A stretch of DNA of 64,000 bases from assembly GCA_051874735.1 (NCBI GenBank), contig JBJEGD010000035.1, forward strand, positions 1 through 64,000. The letters run 5' to 3'. The position numbers and the translations under genes were made by a program. This DNA comes from Candidatus Bruticola sp. (GTDB lineage Bacteria; Vulcanimicrobiota; Xenobia; Xenobiales; Xenobiaceae). Below, one piece after another: positions 39,716-48,761 of this stretch. Positions within the stretch are counted from its first letter, which is position 1; each line of letters begins with the position of its first letter. Below the pieces are notes generated by a model, which was not told the origin of the DNA, did not search any database, and was given only the letters and a program-made list of their open reading frames with translations.

Positions 39716-41068
39716 ATGGACATGCGAACGACAACCTTAGATTTAATTATGGGCCAAGTTGCAGTGCGCAATCCTGGCGAACCTGAGTTCTTGCAGGCCG
39801 TGCGTGAAGTTTTTTCTTCAGTAGTGCCTGTAGTTGAAGCTAATTCTGTTTACAGACGCATGAAAGTATTGGAGCGTTTGGTTGAACCGGAAAGGGTAAT
39901 TATTTTTCGCGTACCCTGGATAGACGACTTAGGCAATGTGCAAATTAATCGTGGCTACCGCGTAGAAATGTGTGGCGCTATAGGCCCTTTTCAAGGTGGC
40001 TTGCGCTTCCATCCCAGCGTAAACTTAAGTATCATAAAATTTTTGGCTTTTGAGCAGGTCTTTCGCAACGCGCTGACGTGTCTACCTTTAGGTGGAGCTA
40101 AAGGGGGAGCTGATTTCGATCCCAAGGGAAAATCTGATATGGAAGTCATGCGTTTCTGCCAATCCTTTATGGCTGAGCTGTTCCGTCATATCGGTCCTAC
40201 TGTCGACGTCGCCACTAGTGGGCTTGGAGTCAGCGGACGTGAAATCGGCTATTTATTTGGCATGTATAAAAAATTGTCAGGTCAGTTTTCCGGAGCTCTC
40301 ACTAATAAAGGTTTAGGTTGGGGAGGCTCCATGCTCCGTCCGGAAGCTACTGGTTTCGGTGTCATTTATTTTATTGAAAACATGTTGAATAGACGCCGGG
40401 AGAGTCTTGAAGGAAAGCGCATAGTTCTTTCCGGATCGGGAAATGTAGCTCAATTTGCTGCTAAAAAAGCTATCGCTATGGGAGCTAAAGTGCTGACTAT
40501 GTCTGACTCGTCGGGCATGATTTATGATCCTGAAGGCATCGATGAAGATAAGCTGGACTGGATTATGGAACTGAAAAATTTGCGACGAGGCCGCATACGT
40601 GAATATGTCGATGAATTTAGCACTGCCGAATATATTGAGGGAGGTACTCCCTGGAATATTCCCTGCGATGTAGCTATTCCGGCTGCTACTCAAAATGAGA
40701 TTTTTTTAGAAGATGCCCAAACTTTGATTAGTAACGGAGTTACCGCTGTGGCTGAGGCCGCTGATATGCCTTGTATGCCCGAGGCGGTCTCTGAGTTCTT
40801 GCGCCATAAAATTCTTTTTGGGCCGAGCAAAGCTGTAAACGCAGGTGGAGTGGCTACGTCAGGTTTGGAAATGTCGCAAAATGCTTCTCATGAGAGCTGG
40901 AGTACCGATGAAATAGATCAGCGCTTGCGTTGCATTATGCACGCTATTCATGAAGCGTGTGTTTGTTACGGCCGCAGTGGTACTAATTTCGTTAATTATG
41001 TACGCGGAGCGAATGTTGCTGGTTTTGTGAAGGTTGCCGACGCCATGGTAGATCAGGGGATCGTTTAG
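39716..41068 (+). CDS. gdhA: Glutamate dehydrogenase (GdhA)-family protein with substituted active-site residues
   Basis: Full-length GdhA-like sequence (GGLRFHPSVNL, GGAKGG, RPEATG, GSGNVA, NAGGVATSGLEM) but GPFQGG and DVATSGLG replace the canonical GPYKGG and DVPAGDIG; start probably ATG 39716/39722. Confidence 0.8.
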   Translation: MDMRTTTLDLIMGQVAVRNPGEPEFLQAVREVFSSVVPVVEANSVYRRMKVLERLVEPERVIIFRVPWIDDLGNVQINRGYRVEMCGAIGPFQGGLRFHPSVNLSIIKFLAFEQVFRNALTCLPLGGAKGGADFDPKGKSDMEVMRFCQSFMAELFRHIGPTVDVATSGLGVSGREIGYLFGMYKKLSGQFSGALTNKGLGWGGSMLRPEATGFGVIYFIENMLNRRRESLEGKRIVLSGSGNVAQFAAKKAIAMGAKVLTMSDSSGMIYDPEGIDEDKLDWIMELKNLRRGRIREYVDEFSTAEYIEGGTPWNIPCDVAIPAATQNEIFLEDAQTLISNGVTAVAEAADMPCMPEAVSEFLRHKILFGPSKAVNAGGVATSGLEMSQNASHESWSTDEIDQRLRCIMHAIHEACVCYGRSGTNFVNYVRGANVAGFVKVADAMVDQGIV

Positions 41069-41135
41069 CCTAATGACTGACTGAGTCTCTCTGCTTTTAA
41101 AGTACTTCTAACTTATCAAAAGGAGCCTTTTTCTT

Positions 41136-44100
41136 GTGCATTCTATGGGTAAATTCTACGAGTTAGCCTCCTACAGAGTGCGTGAGGTGCTCTTTGTCTC
41201 TTCCGAATACGACGCTTTTATTTTAGAAACCGAAAATCAGCTAGCGGAACGCCTTTTTTATCGTTATTCCGAATTTTTTATGGTAGGAGTTCCGCGTATT
41301 AGTCATGCCTGCTCATCGGAGCGGGCTATAGAAATCTTAGATAGTCACCGCGTAGATTTGATTGTGATAGCTGTGCGCGATGCGACTATGATCCATACCG
41401 GTTTTCTGCTGCGCATTCGCAAGTTATATCCTTCTATTCCCATTGTGCTGCTTATCCTCGATCTTTCGTGCCTACATGGCTTAGGTTGGGAAAAACTGCC
41501 GAAGTGGCTGGCTGGGGTTTATCTTTGGACAGGCGATTTAAGTTTAATTTCAGCCATGTTCAATCAGGTAGAAGACCAATTTAATGCCGAGCGAGACACT
41601 TCTTCGATCGGTGTGCAAGTCATAATTACAGTAGAAGATACAGTGGCAGATTATTCCATATTTCTGCCTCATTTATATGACGAGCTTTTTGAGCAGAGCC
41701 GCTCTCTATCGGGTGAGGGGGTTAACTCTACCCAGCGTACTCTGCGCATGTTGGCCCGTCCGAAAATTTTGCTAGCTTCCGATTATGAATCTGCCCAAGC
41801 TCTGTTTGACAAGTATAAGCCTTACGTTTTGGCTCTGATTAGTGATGTCAGTTTTCGCGTAAAAGGGCACCAAGATGGATCTGCCGGCATCAAATTGGCT
41901 GCTTATTGTTCAGAATGCAAGCCTAATCTGCCTATCCTATTGCAGTCTTCAGACTCTTCTAACGAACTAAATGCCAGAAATAAAGGCTGGCATTTTGCCA
42001 GCAAAAATCCTAAAACTTTTCGCTCCGCTCTTCATCTGTTTTTAGAAGAGAGTTTGGGCTTTGGTAATTTCGTTTTTCGTATGCCCGATCGGACGGAGGT
42101 CGCCAGGGCCCGCGACACTTACGAGTTAGAGAGCATTCTTCATACCGTAGATTTGCTTTCTTTTTGCTACCATGCGGTTAACAATCACTTTAGTATTTGG
42201 TTGCGGGCCCGCAATTATTTCAATTTAGCCAATGCTGTTGAACATATGAAGATGGAAGATGGAGAATCCCCAGAAGAAATGCGTCGGCGTTTAATTGGTG
42301 TGCTGCAGGACTCCGCCAGAGAAGAGCGTCAAGGTGTTGTAGCTGATTTCTCTGTCCATCGCAGTAATAATTCGAGCCATAATTTTTTTCGTGTTGGCAA
42401 AGGCTCAATTGGAGGTAAGGGACGCGGCATAGCTTTTATTAATTCTTTGTTAGCTAAAGAAAACTTTATTACCGATTGGCCGAACTTGAAAGTAACTATC
42501 CCTCGCACTTTGGTTTTGGGTGTCGATGCGTACGATCGTTTTATGGAACTAAATAATTTTAGCGTCGATGAGCACCGCCGGTATACCGATGAGCAGCTTG
42601 TGGATATTTACCTTAAGGCCAAGTTGCCTCAAGAAATATTTAATGAATTGCGTGAGGCGGCTTCTTTGCTGCATGGTCCGTTGGCGGTGCGCTCCTCCAG
42701 TTTGTTGGAAGATTCCCAAAATCAATCTTGTGCCGGAATTTACGCCACTTATATGGTTCCTGATAACCATGAAAATTCATCCAAACGTTTTGAGTTAATT
42801 TGCCAGGCGGTCAAGCGCGTTTATATGTCAGCAGTCGCTTCTAAAGCTAGAGCTTATTTAGCCAATGCTCAGTATTTAGGAGTTGAGGAAAAAATGGCCG
42901 TTGTTTTACAGGAAACGGTCGGTTCAGTACATGGTCGTTATTTTTATCCTAATTTTTCTGGCGTGGCTATGTCTGTTAATTACTATCCTATGGGGCCTCA
43001 ACATATCGATGATGGTATAGCTGCTATGGCTGTTGGTTTGGGAAATACTGTAGCTGATGGCGGTAGCTGTATGCGCTTCTCTCCGAAGTGGCCCAAGATC
43101 TTGCCTCATCTTTATTATCAAGATCGCTACTTGAATTACTCGCAGCGGGATTTCTATGCTATTGAGCTGGACGGATCTACTTATGAGAATCCCAGCGGTT
43201 TAGTCAAGCTTAGTTTAAAACAAGCTGAGAATGATGGCACTTTAGCTCCTGTAGCTTCCGTATTTTCTGTCGAAAGCGGCACTTGGCGCGATTCTTTAGA
43301 GTATGTAGGTCCCAGGGCTGTAACTTTTAGCGATATATTGCAGTCTGGTCGTATTCCTTTGGCCAAGTGTCTTGATGAACTTTTAGAACGTTTTACCGTA
43401 GCTATTGGCTGCCCGGTAGAGTTGGAATTCGCCGTGGAGCTTAAGTCTAACTTAACTAGCGGCAGCGATTTTCTATGTTCAGAGCAGAGTGATCCTGATG
43501 AGGCTAAGGAGGATGTGCCTACTTTATATATTTTGCAAATTCGTCCTTTGACGCGCCTTTCAGTTGGGGAAGAGGTTCGTGCTTGCGGTTACAACAAAGA
43601 TGATGTGCTCTGTACTAGCGATTCGCTTGGACACGGGGCCATAGACGACATTTGCGATATAATTTACGTTTCAGGCTGCAATTTATCGGCGCGGGAGGCT
43701 AGACTGGCAGCTGCTAGGGTCGCCCGTTTTAACAGCGCTCTTATTAAAGAAAAACGCCCTTACATGTTGATTGGACCGGGACGCTGGGGATCGCTCGATC
43801 CTAATTTAGGTATACCCGTGCAAATTAGCCAGATAATGGGTGCTGAAGTTATTGTAGAACTTCCTTATGGAGACCGTTTTGTTGAGCCTTCGATGGGGTC
43901 CCATTTTTTTCATGAGTTGGCAGCTATGCACATATGCTATATGAATCTCTGCTTCAAGGGAAGGGGGCAGATTTTTAGCAAAGTACGTCGATCGGGGGAG
44001 TGTCGCGAAGAGTCGGAAGTTCAGTGCACTGATAAAATTATGCCCGATTATATCGACTTAAATTGGCTCAATTCTCAGGCTGTTTGGCAGGAAGCTGATG

Positions 44101-44258
44101 GGGTTAAACATATTCGCCTAGATTCTCCTCTGCGAGTGCGTGTTAACGGTCGTTGCTGCCGAGGAGTAGTGCTTAAAAAGCAAATTAACAAAAATGATCT
44201 TGATATTAAGAAAAAATCGGATTCTCATGTATCAACGCTAAATTCGGCTATTTGGTAG
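41136..44258 (+). CDS. Receiver-like + PEP/pyruvate-binding (PPDK_N ATP-grasp) domain protein
   Basis: Two REC-like segments (VLFVSSEYD...; LISDV...GIKL...PILLQSS), IGGKGRG, AVRSSSLLEDS...AGIY, SGVA, ELEFA, GPGRWGS, SHFF; no PEP-binding barrel. Confidence 0.85.
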   Translation: MHSMGKFYELASYRVREVLFVSSEYDAFILETENQLAERLFYRYSEFFMVGVPRISHACSSERAIEILDSHRVDLIVIAVRDATMIHTGFLLRIRKLYPSIPIVLLILDLSCLHGLGWEKLPKWLAGVYLWTGDLSLISAMFNQVEDQFNAERDTSSIGVQVIITVEDTVADYSIFLPHLYDELFEQSRSLSGEGVNSTQRTLRMLARPKILLASDYESAQALFDKYKPYVLALISDVSFRVKGHQDGSAGIKLAAYCSECKPNLPILLQSSDSSNELNARNKGWHFASKNPKTFRSALHLFLEESLGFGNFVFRMPDRTEVARARDTYELESILHTVDLLSFCYHAVNNHFSIWLRARNYFNLANAVEHMKMEDGESPEEMRRRLIGVLQDSAREERQGVVADFSVHRSNNSSHNFFRVGKGSIGGKGRGIAFINSLLAKENFITDWPNLKVTIPRTLVLGVDAYDRFMELNNFSVDEHRRYTDEQLVDIYLKAKLPQEIFNELREAASLLHGPLAVRSSSLLEDSQNQSCAGIYATYMVPDNHENSSKRFELICQAVKRVYMSAVASKARAYLANAQYLGVEEKMAVVLQETVGSVHGRYFYPNFSGVAMSVNYYPMGPQHIDDGIAAMAVGLGNTVADGGSCMRFSPKWPKILPHLYYQDRYLNYSQRDFYAIELDGSTYENPSGLVKLSLKQAENDGTLAPVASVFSVESGTWRDSLEYVGPRAVTFSDILQSGRIPLAKCLDELLERFTVAIGCPVELEFAVELKSNLTSGSDFLCSEQSDPDEAKEDVPTLYILQIRPLTRLSVGEEVRACGYNKDDVLCTSDSLGHGAIDDICDIIYVSGCNLSAREARLAAARVARFNSALIKEKRPYMLIGPGRWGSLDPNLGIPVQISQIMGAEVIVELPYGDRFVEPSMGSHFFHELAAMHICYMNLCFKGRGQIFSKVRRSGECREESEVQCTDKIMPDYIDLNWLNSQAVWQEADGVKHIRLDSPLRVRVNGRCCRGVVLKKQINKNDLDIKKKSDSHVSTLNSAIW

Positions 44259-44289
44259 TTTATATTTTTTTGATGAGTACAAAGAACAT

Positions 44290-45378
44290 ATGATTAATGT
44301 AAAAGAACAAGCTCAATCTTCACCTGTTGTAGAAGCTAAGCCCATAAAGCTGATTATTGCATTCAGTATTTTAAGTTTACTAGGACAGTATTTCTTTAAG
44401 CTGGGTATGGACACAGCCGCTGCTCAACAGCTAGTTGCCTTTTTAGGCAGCGAAGCTGTTTCTTTATTGCAGGGTAATTTAGCCAATATTTTCGTTTTGT
44501 TGTGGCACAGTATCGTACTTTTACTTCAGCCTCTGATTTTTATCGGTATGGTCGCTTATGCTCTATCAGCCGTATGCTGGTTGACTATTTTAAGTAAAGT
44601 TGATTTAAGTTTCGCTTATCCTATGATCAGTATAGGCTATGTAGCTATTCTGCTTATGGGATGGTTAATTTTTGGAGAGTATGTGTCCTGGCTGCGTTGG
44701 TTGGGAGTTTTACTGATTTCTTTGGGAATTGTAGCCGTTTATTCCGAAAAGGCTTTTATGGATCGCAGTCTCATAGTTGCTTTAGGTCTGTTAGCCTCAG
44801 CTGCAGCTGTAATTTGGGGAACTGGAGGAAATACAGAGGCAGCGGTTGATTTTGACAAGCCCGTTTTGTTGATAGCGCTAACTATACCGATGGGAGTTAT
44901 AGGTCAAATTCTGCTAAAAGCTGGTATGAACATGGAAATAAATAAAGCTAGAGTTAAGGAGCTGTCTCAAGCTTGCTGTACTTTGAAGGAGCAAGCGTGC
45001 TCTTCCCTTATAATGGCTATGTCCAGGGCTTGTTTGCTTTGTTTAAGTGCGAAAATTTTCTGCGGTTTGTGTATCTATGTCCTTTCTACCGTTTTGTGGC
45101 TGATATTGCTAACTAAGGTGCCCATTAGCTTTCTTTATCCCTTGCTTAGTTTCGGCTATGTGTTGGTTTTGTTAATTGGCTGGCTCGGATTTGGTGAGAA
45201 AGTAAGCTTTGTGCGTTGGTATGGTGTTTGGGTTATCTGTTTGGGAATAGTATTTATTTATTCCGAAGTAGCTGTAAGGACTTATTATTTAGCCGCTGGC
45301 TGCCTTTTGGCTAGTTTAGCCGTATTGTTATGGGGAGCCGCTCAGCTGAAGTTTTGGCGAACTGATATGAAAAATTAA
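44290..45378 (+). CDS. Internally duplicated EamA/SMR (ArnE/ArnF-like) transporter
   Basis: Two copies of GQ..LK.GM...W...L.KV..S..YP..S.GYV......W..FGE.VS..RW.GV..I..G. Confidence 0.8.
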   Translation: MINVKEQAQSSPVVEAKPIKLIIAFSILSLLGQYFFKLGMDTAAAQQLVAFLGSEAVSLLQGNLANIFVLLWHSIVLLLQPLIFIGMVAYALSAVCWLTILSKVDLSFAYPMISIGYVAILLMGWLIFGEYVSWLRWLGVLLISLGIVAVYSEKAFMDRSLIVALGLLASAAAVIWGTGGNTEAAVDFDKPVLLIALTIPMGVIGQILLKAGMNMEINKARVKELSQACCTLKEQACSSLIMAMSRACLLCLSAKIFCGLCIYVLSTVLWLILLTKVPISFLYPLLSFGYVLVLLIGWLGFGEKVSFVRWYGVWVICLGIVFIYSEVAVRTYYLAAGCLLASLAVLLWGAAQLKFWRTDMKN

Positions 45379-45383
45379 AAATA

Positions 45384-45428
45384 CAGAGGCTGTCCTGTTG
45401 CCCTCAATGGCTTCAGTGACAGCCTCTG
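45384..45428. repeat. Intergenic palindrome (GAGGCTGTC family) between convergent genes
   Basis: cagaggctgtc / gacagcctctg arms with a 23-nt spacer; same 9-bp core as 6510-6555. Confidence 0.65.
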
Positions 45429-45460
45429 CAGGCTGATAGAGAGTGTAAAAAAACGCTCTC

Positions 45461-46774
45461 TTATTTTTTGAGATAGCTTTCAATCCAGTTAAGTAGAGGT
45501 AATTGCACTTGTTCACCAGTCTGCAGGTTCTTAACTTCTACTAACTGCTGATCGTCAGTATATTGATGAGGAAATAACATAAAAGGAATACCCTTACGGT
45601 CAGCATAGCGTATTTGCTTCTTTAAAGCTGCAGTTTCATGGAAAATTTCTGTCGGTATGCCGTGGCTGCGTAAAATATAGGCGATGCTGCGGCAGGCTGG
45701 GCGCAGTTCTGGACTGGGCCAACTAATAAGTACTTGAGTAGGGGTTTGACGAGAGCAGTCGAGGGCGTTCTGGGCAAATAAATGTGATATAAGCCGACTT
45801 AAGCCGATACTTATGCCCACGCCAGGGAGCTTTCTATTAATAAATTCAGAAGCCAGATTCTCATAGCGTCCGCCGGAACAGATGCTTCCTAAACTAGGAT
45901 AATCTGGCAGCATAGTTTCATAAATAGTGCCTGTATAATAATCGAGACCGCGTACAATACCCAAATTGAAGATAAGGTTATCGCTACTTATATAAGACAA
46001 CTCATCTGCAATAAAGGCTAGCTCCTGTAAACCGAGATGAAAAGTTTCATTATCTGTTTCTAGAGCTTTAGCTTTAGCCAAAACTTCTTGGGGGTTCCCT
46101 TTTATAGAGCATAAAGACAAACATTTGTCAGCAGTCTGCTCGTCTAGACCGAGTTTGAGAAGAGACTCTTTTACTTTATCAATACCAATTTTATCGAGCT
46201 TGTCGACTTCGCGCAGCACCTCAGTGCTTTTAGCTTCGTCTAAACCTAAACTGGTATAGTAACCTAACAGCACTTTGCGGTTATTAATATTTATTTGGGC
46301 GCGTATGCCCAATTTTTGGAAAACTTCATGAATTACTGCAGGTAACTCTGCATCGAAGCTCATAGGAAGTTCGCCGTCACCGATAACGTCGATATCTGCC
46401 TGATAAAACTCGCGGAATCTGCCTTCTTGCGGCCGTTCTCCCCGCCAGACCTTTTGAATTTGCCAGCGCTTAAAAGGAAAATTGACAGTTCCGCTGTTTT
46501 GAGCCACATAACGGGCTAAAGGTACAGTTAAGTCAAAGTGCAGAGCCATTTCCCAGCGCCCTGGAGTACCCTGCAACCGTCCTAAACCGTAAATTTCCTT
46601 GTTGATCTCCCCTTTGGCTGCCAAGATAGAGACGCGTTCCACAGCACTGGTCTCTAAGCGGGAAAAACCATGCAGTTCATAAACGCTGCGTATAGTATCG
46701 ATAATGCGCTGTTCAGCAAGCTGCTGACCGGGAAGCCATTCAGGAAAACCGCTTAAAGGGGTAGGTTTTATCAT
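45461..46774 (-). CDS. hisS: Histidine--tRNA ligase
   Basis: SGFPEWLP, FDLTVPLARY, WRGERPQEGRFREFYQAD, RGLDYYTG, SGGRY, GISIGLSRL. Confidence 0.98.
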   Translation of the reverse strand: MIKPTPLSGFPEWLPGQQLAEQRIIDTIRSVYELHGFSRLETSAVERVSILAAKGEINKEIYGLGRLQGTPGRWEMALHFDLTVPLARYVAQNSGTVNFPFKRWQIQKVWRGERPQEGRFREFYQADIDVIGDGELPMSFDAELPAVIHEVFQKLGIRAQININNRKVLLGYYTSLGLDEAKSTEVLREVDKLDKIGIDKVKESLLKLGLDEQTADKCLSLCSIKGNPQEVLAKAKALETDNETFHLGLQELAFIADELSYISSDNLIFNLGIVRGLDYYTGTIYETMLPDYPSLGSICSGGRYENLASEFINRKLPGVGISIGLSRLISHLFAQNALDCSRQTPTQVLISWPSPELRPACRSIAYILRSHGIPTEIFHETAALKKQIRYADRKGIPFMLFPHQYTDDQQLVEVKNLQTGEQVQLPLLNWIESYLKK

Positions 46775-46794
46775 GTCCTTTTCTCTCTTGCCAC

Positions 46795-46832
46795 AAAAAA
46801 ACAGCCCCAGGGAACAATTCCACGAGGCTGTT
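46795..46832 (-). terminator. Intrinsic terminator
   Basis: aacagcc...ggctgtt, followed by a T-tract on the minus strand. Confidence 0.6.
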
Positions 46833-46860
46833 GTTCTAAAATCCAGAATTAAGAAGTAGA

Positions 46861-47289
46861 TTACTTCTCAGACTGGTTCTCCAACCACTGGTAGAACGGG
46901 ATCGTACGGGCTGAACGAACGCGGTTGCGATTGTCAGCGCGGACTTCGATCTTGGAACCGACGCGGATAGCGTCTAAGGAAGGAGTGTACTGAGTCAGGT
47001 TATCATACAGATAGAAGTTGGCAATGTCATCTTCAGAACCGTCGATATCGACGCTCATGTACTTACCATCTACGTACACGACCTCGCCGGTGAAGTCCTT
47101 CTGCCAGGTTACGCCGGCGTCAGGAGTACCGAACTCCAAGTTCTCGGGACCCATCCAAGTAGTATACCACACGCCAGGAGCCATCTGGTGGTTAGCCTGG
47201 ACGTCTGTTTCCGCTGTTGCGACACCAGCTGAAGCACAGATTACGGCCGCCATGAACGCGGTGCAAGCTAAATTACGGAGAGCCTTCAT
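46861..47289 (-). CDS. Small secreted hypothetical protein, probably highly expressed (OB-fold-like C-terminus)
   Basis: AAGGAGGTG RBS then ATG 47289 (the ORF-track GTG lies inside the RBS); signal peptide ending ATA; codon bias like the SLH gene. Confidence 0.8.
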   Translation of the reverse strand: MKALRNLACTAFMAAVICASAGVATAETDVQANHQMAPGVWYTTWMGPENLEFGTPDAGVTWQKDFTGEVVYVDGKYMSVDIDGSEDDIANFYLYDNLTQYTPSLDAIRVGSKIEVRADNRNRVRSARTIPFYQWLENQSEK

Positions 47290-47695
47290 TTCGTTTTTCA
47301 CCTCCTTGATTAAGAACTCAACCGCAACGGCTACACAGCCAACTGCGGCGGGCGATCTCTAGTCTGAGACCTAAGATTGTGCTGGCAATTTCGCCTAAAA
47401 TCTTTCTTACCCTGCCCGAACCCAGGAATATTTTCGCGTCTGCACATCTGAAGATCCGGGGCAGGCCAAAATTTTTCCCCAAAAGGTTGGGAGTTCTCAC
47501 AGTCCCACTGTATGCGCCAGGATCGACGTAATTCCTTCTTAACTCTATTTTTTTTTATCTTTTTAGATAAACTGTGTATTTTGTTAATTATGAATAAAAG
47601 TTTAGTTGAAAAAAAATAGCTTTTTTGCTAATTTTGCCCTTAATAGAGCAGCTTCAATTAGGCTGATGAAGTTTTTGTATGTTCAGGTGGTTATC

Positions 47696-48700
47696 ATGTT
47701 TTGGCAGTCTTTAGGTGTAGGTTCTTTAATAAATTTAGCAAGCTCAAAGAATCAGAGGCGCGATATCAGCCTTATCCAGCAGCAGAGTTTGGTGTCTTTG
47801 CGTGACGAATTAAATAAACTTTTGTCGTCGGGGCAAAACGAAATCGATGCAGATTTTGAGGAAGACGGATCTTGGGAGGCCAAAACTCAGTTAGCTGAGG
47901 CTCTCAATTCTTTTGTTGCTCCAGAATACAGCCATGAAGCAGTTATGCAAATGCAGAGCGATTATTACGAAAATCGTCGGCGCATGAGTCAGGATTTAAG
48001 TTTTCGCCTAGCCGATTTGAAGGCCAATTTTTATGATGAGCATTGTTTTAAAAGTCATGAGCTGCCCAACGGCACCGTTGAGTTAGTATTTGACAGCAAC
48101 GGCCAGCCTGAACTTATTGACGGTTATGAAACTCCTGAATTAAAAATTTTGCGCACTAAGTGGGAAAACCAACAGCGCCTTTTACTTATAGAAAAGCAGG
48201 ATGAGGAGCGCGATAAATTTGTGTCCGTTTGGAAAGAGAAGCTGCTGGATTTTCTCAGAGAAAATAAGAGGCGTTTAGTTGTAGATAGAATCTATACAGA
48301 GCTAGCTGATATGGTTAAGGAAATGCGCTCTCAGGCCGTAGAAATTGTCTTGAGACAAGATCGAGAACGCTGGTTTCTTGAATTGCCCGAAACTTATGAG
48401 ATAAAGGCTATAGCTGAAGAAGGACTTAATGAATTGGAAGAATTTTGTCGACAGGAAGCTGCAGCTGAAGCTGCTTCTGATGATGTACAGGAAATTATCA
48501 ACTTTGAGCGTGAAATGGCTTCTTATATTTATCAATGTCGCCACGAACTGCGTCGCAAACGTTATGATGACAACGATTTCCTCGATTTGCGTGGCGGTTT
48601 GCAAGCCCGACGCGATGAATATATCGATTTTACCGAGGCTTTACCAGCCCATATGGTCAGCTGTTTAGAAGATTTAGGTATTACTAACGATTTATTGTAA
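47696..48700 (+). CDS. Hypothetical helical, charged protein
   Basis: Long ORF (47606-48700); ATG 47696 after CAGGTGG is the likely start; no recognisable motif. Confidence 0.65.
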   Translation: MFWQSLGVGSLINLASSKNQRRDISLIQQQSLVSLRDELNKLLSSGQNEIDADFEEDGSWEAKTQLAEALNSFVAPEYSHEAVMQMQSDYYENRRRMSQDLSFRLADLKANFYDEHCFKSHELPNGTVELVFDSNGQPELIDGYETPELKILRTKWENQQRLLLIEKQDEERDKFVSVWKEKLLDFLRENKRRLVVDRIYTELADMVKEMRSQAVEIVLRQDRERWFLELPETYEIKAIAEEGLNELEEFCRQEAAAEAASDDVQEIINFEREMASYIYQCRHELRRKRYDDNDFLDLRGGLQARRDEYIDFTEALPAHMVSCLEDLGITNDLL

Positions 48701-48719
48701 GCTGGCTAAATTGATAGTG

Positions 48720-48753
48720 AGCAGCGGCTGCCCCTGAACCCCAAGCCGCTGCT
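48720..48753. terminator. Hairpin between convergent genes
   Basis: agcagcggct / agccgctgct. Confidence 0.55.
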
Positions 48754-48761
48754 TCCGTATT

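Noticed and set aside
41136-44258. Annotation as phosphoenolpyruvate synthase (ppsA)
   Set aside because: No GGxTSHAAI phospho-His motif and no C-terminal PEP/pyruvate barrel
47302-47520. Assignment of the structured leader to c-di-GMP-I or c-di-AMP (ydaO) riboswitches
   Set aside because: Only fragmentary resemblance (GACGCGAAA, CCCGAACCC); the core consensus elements are not present in order
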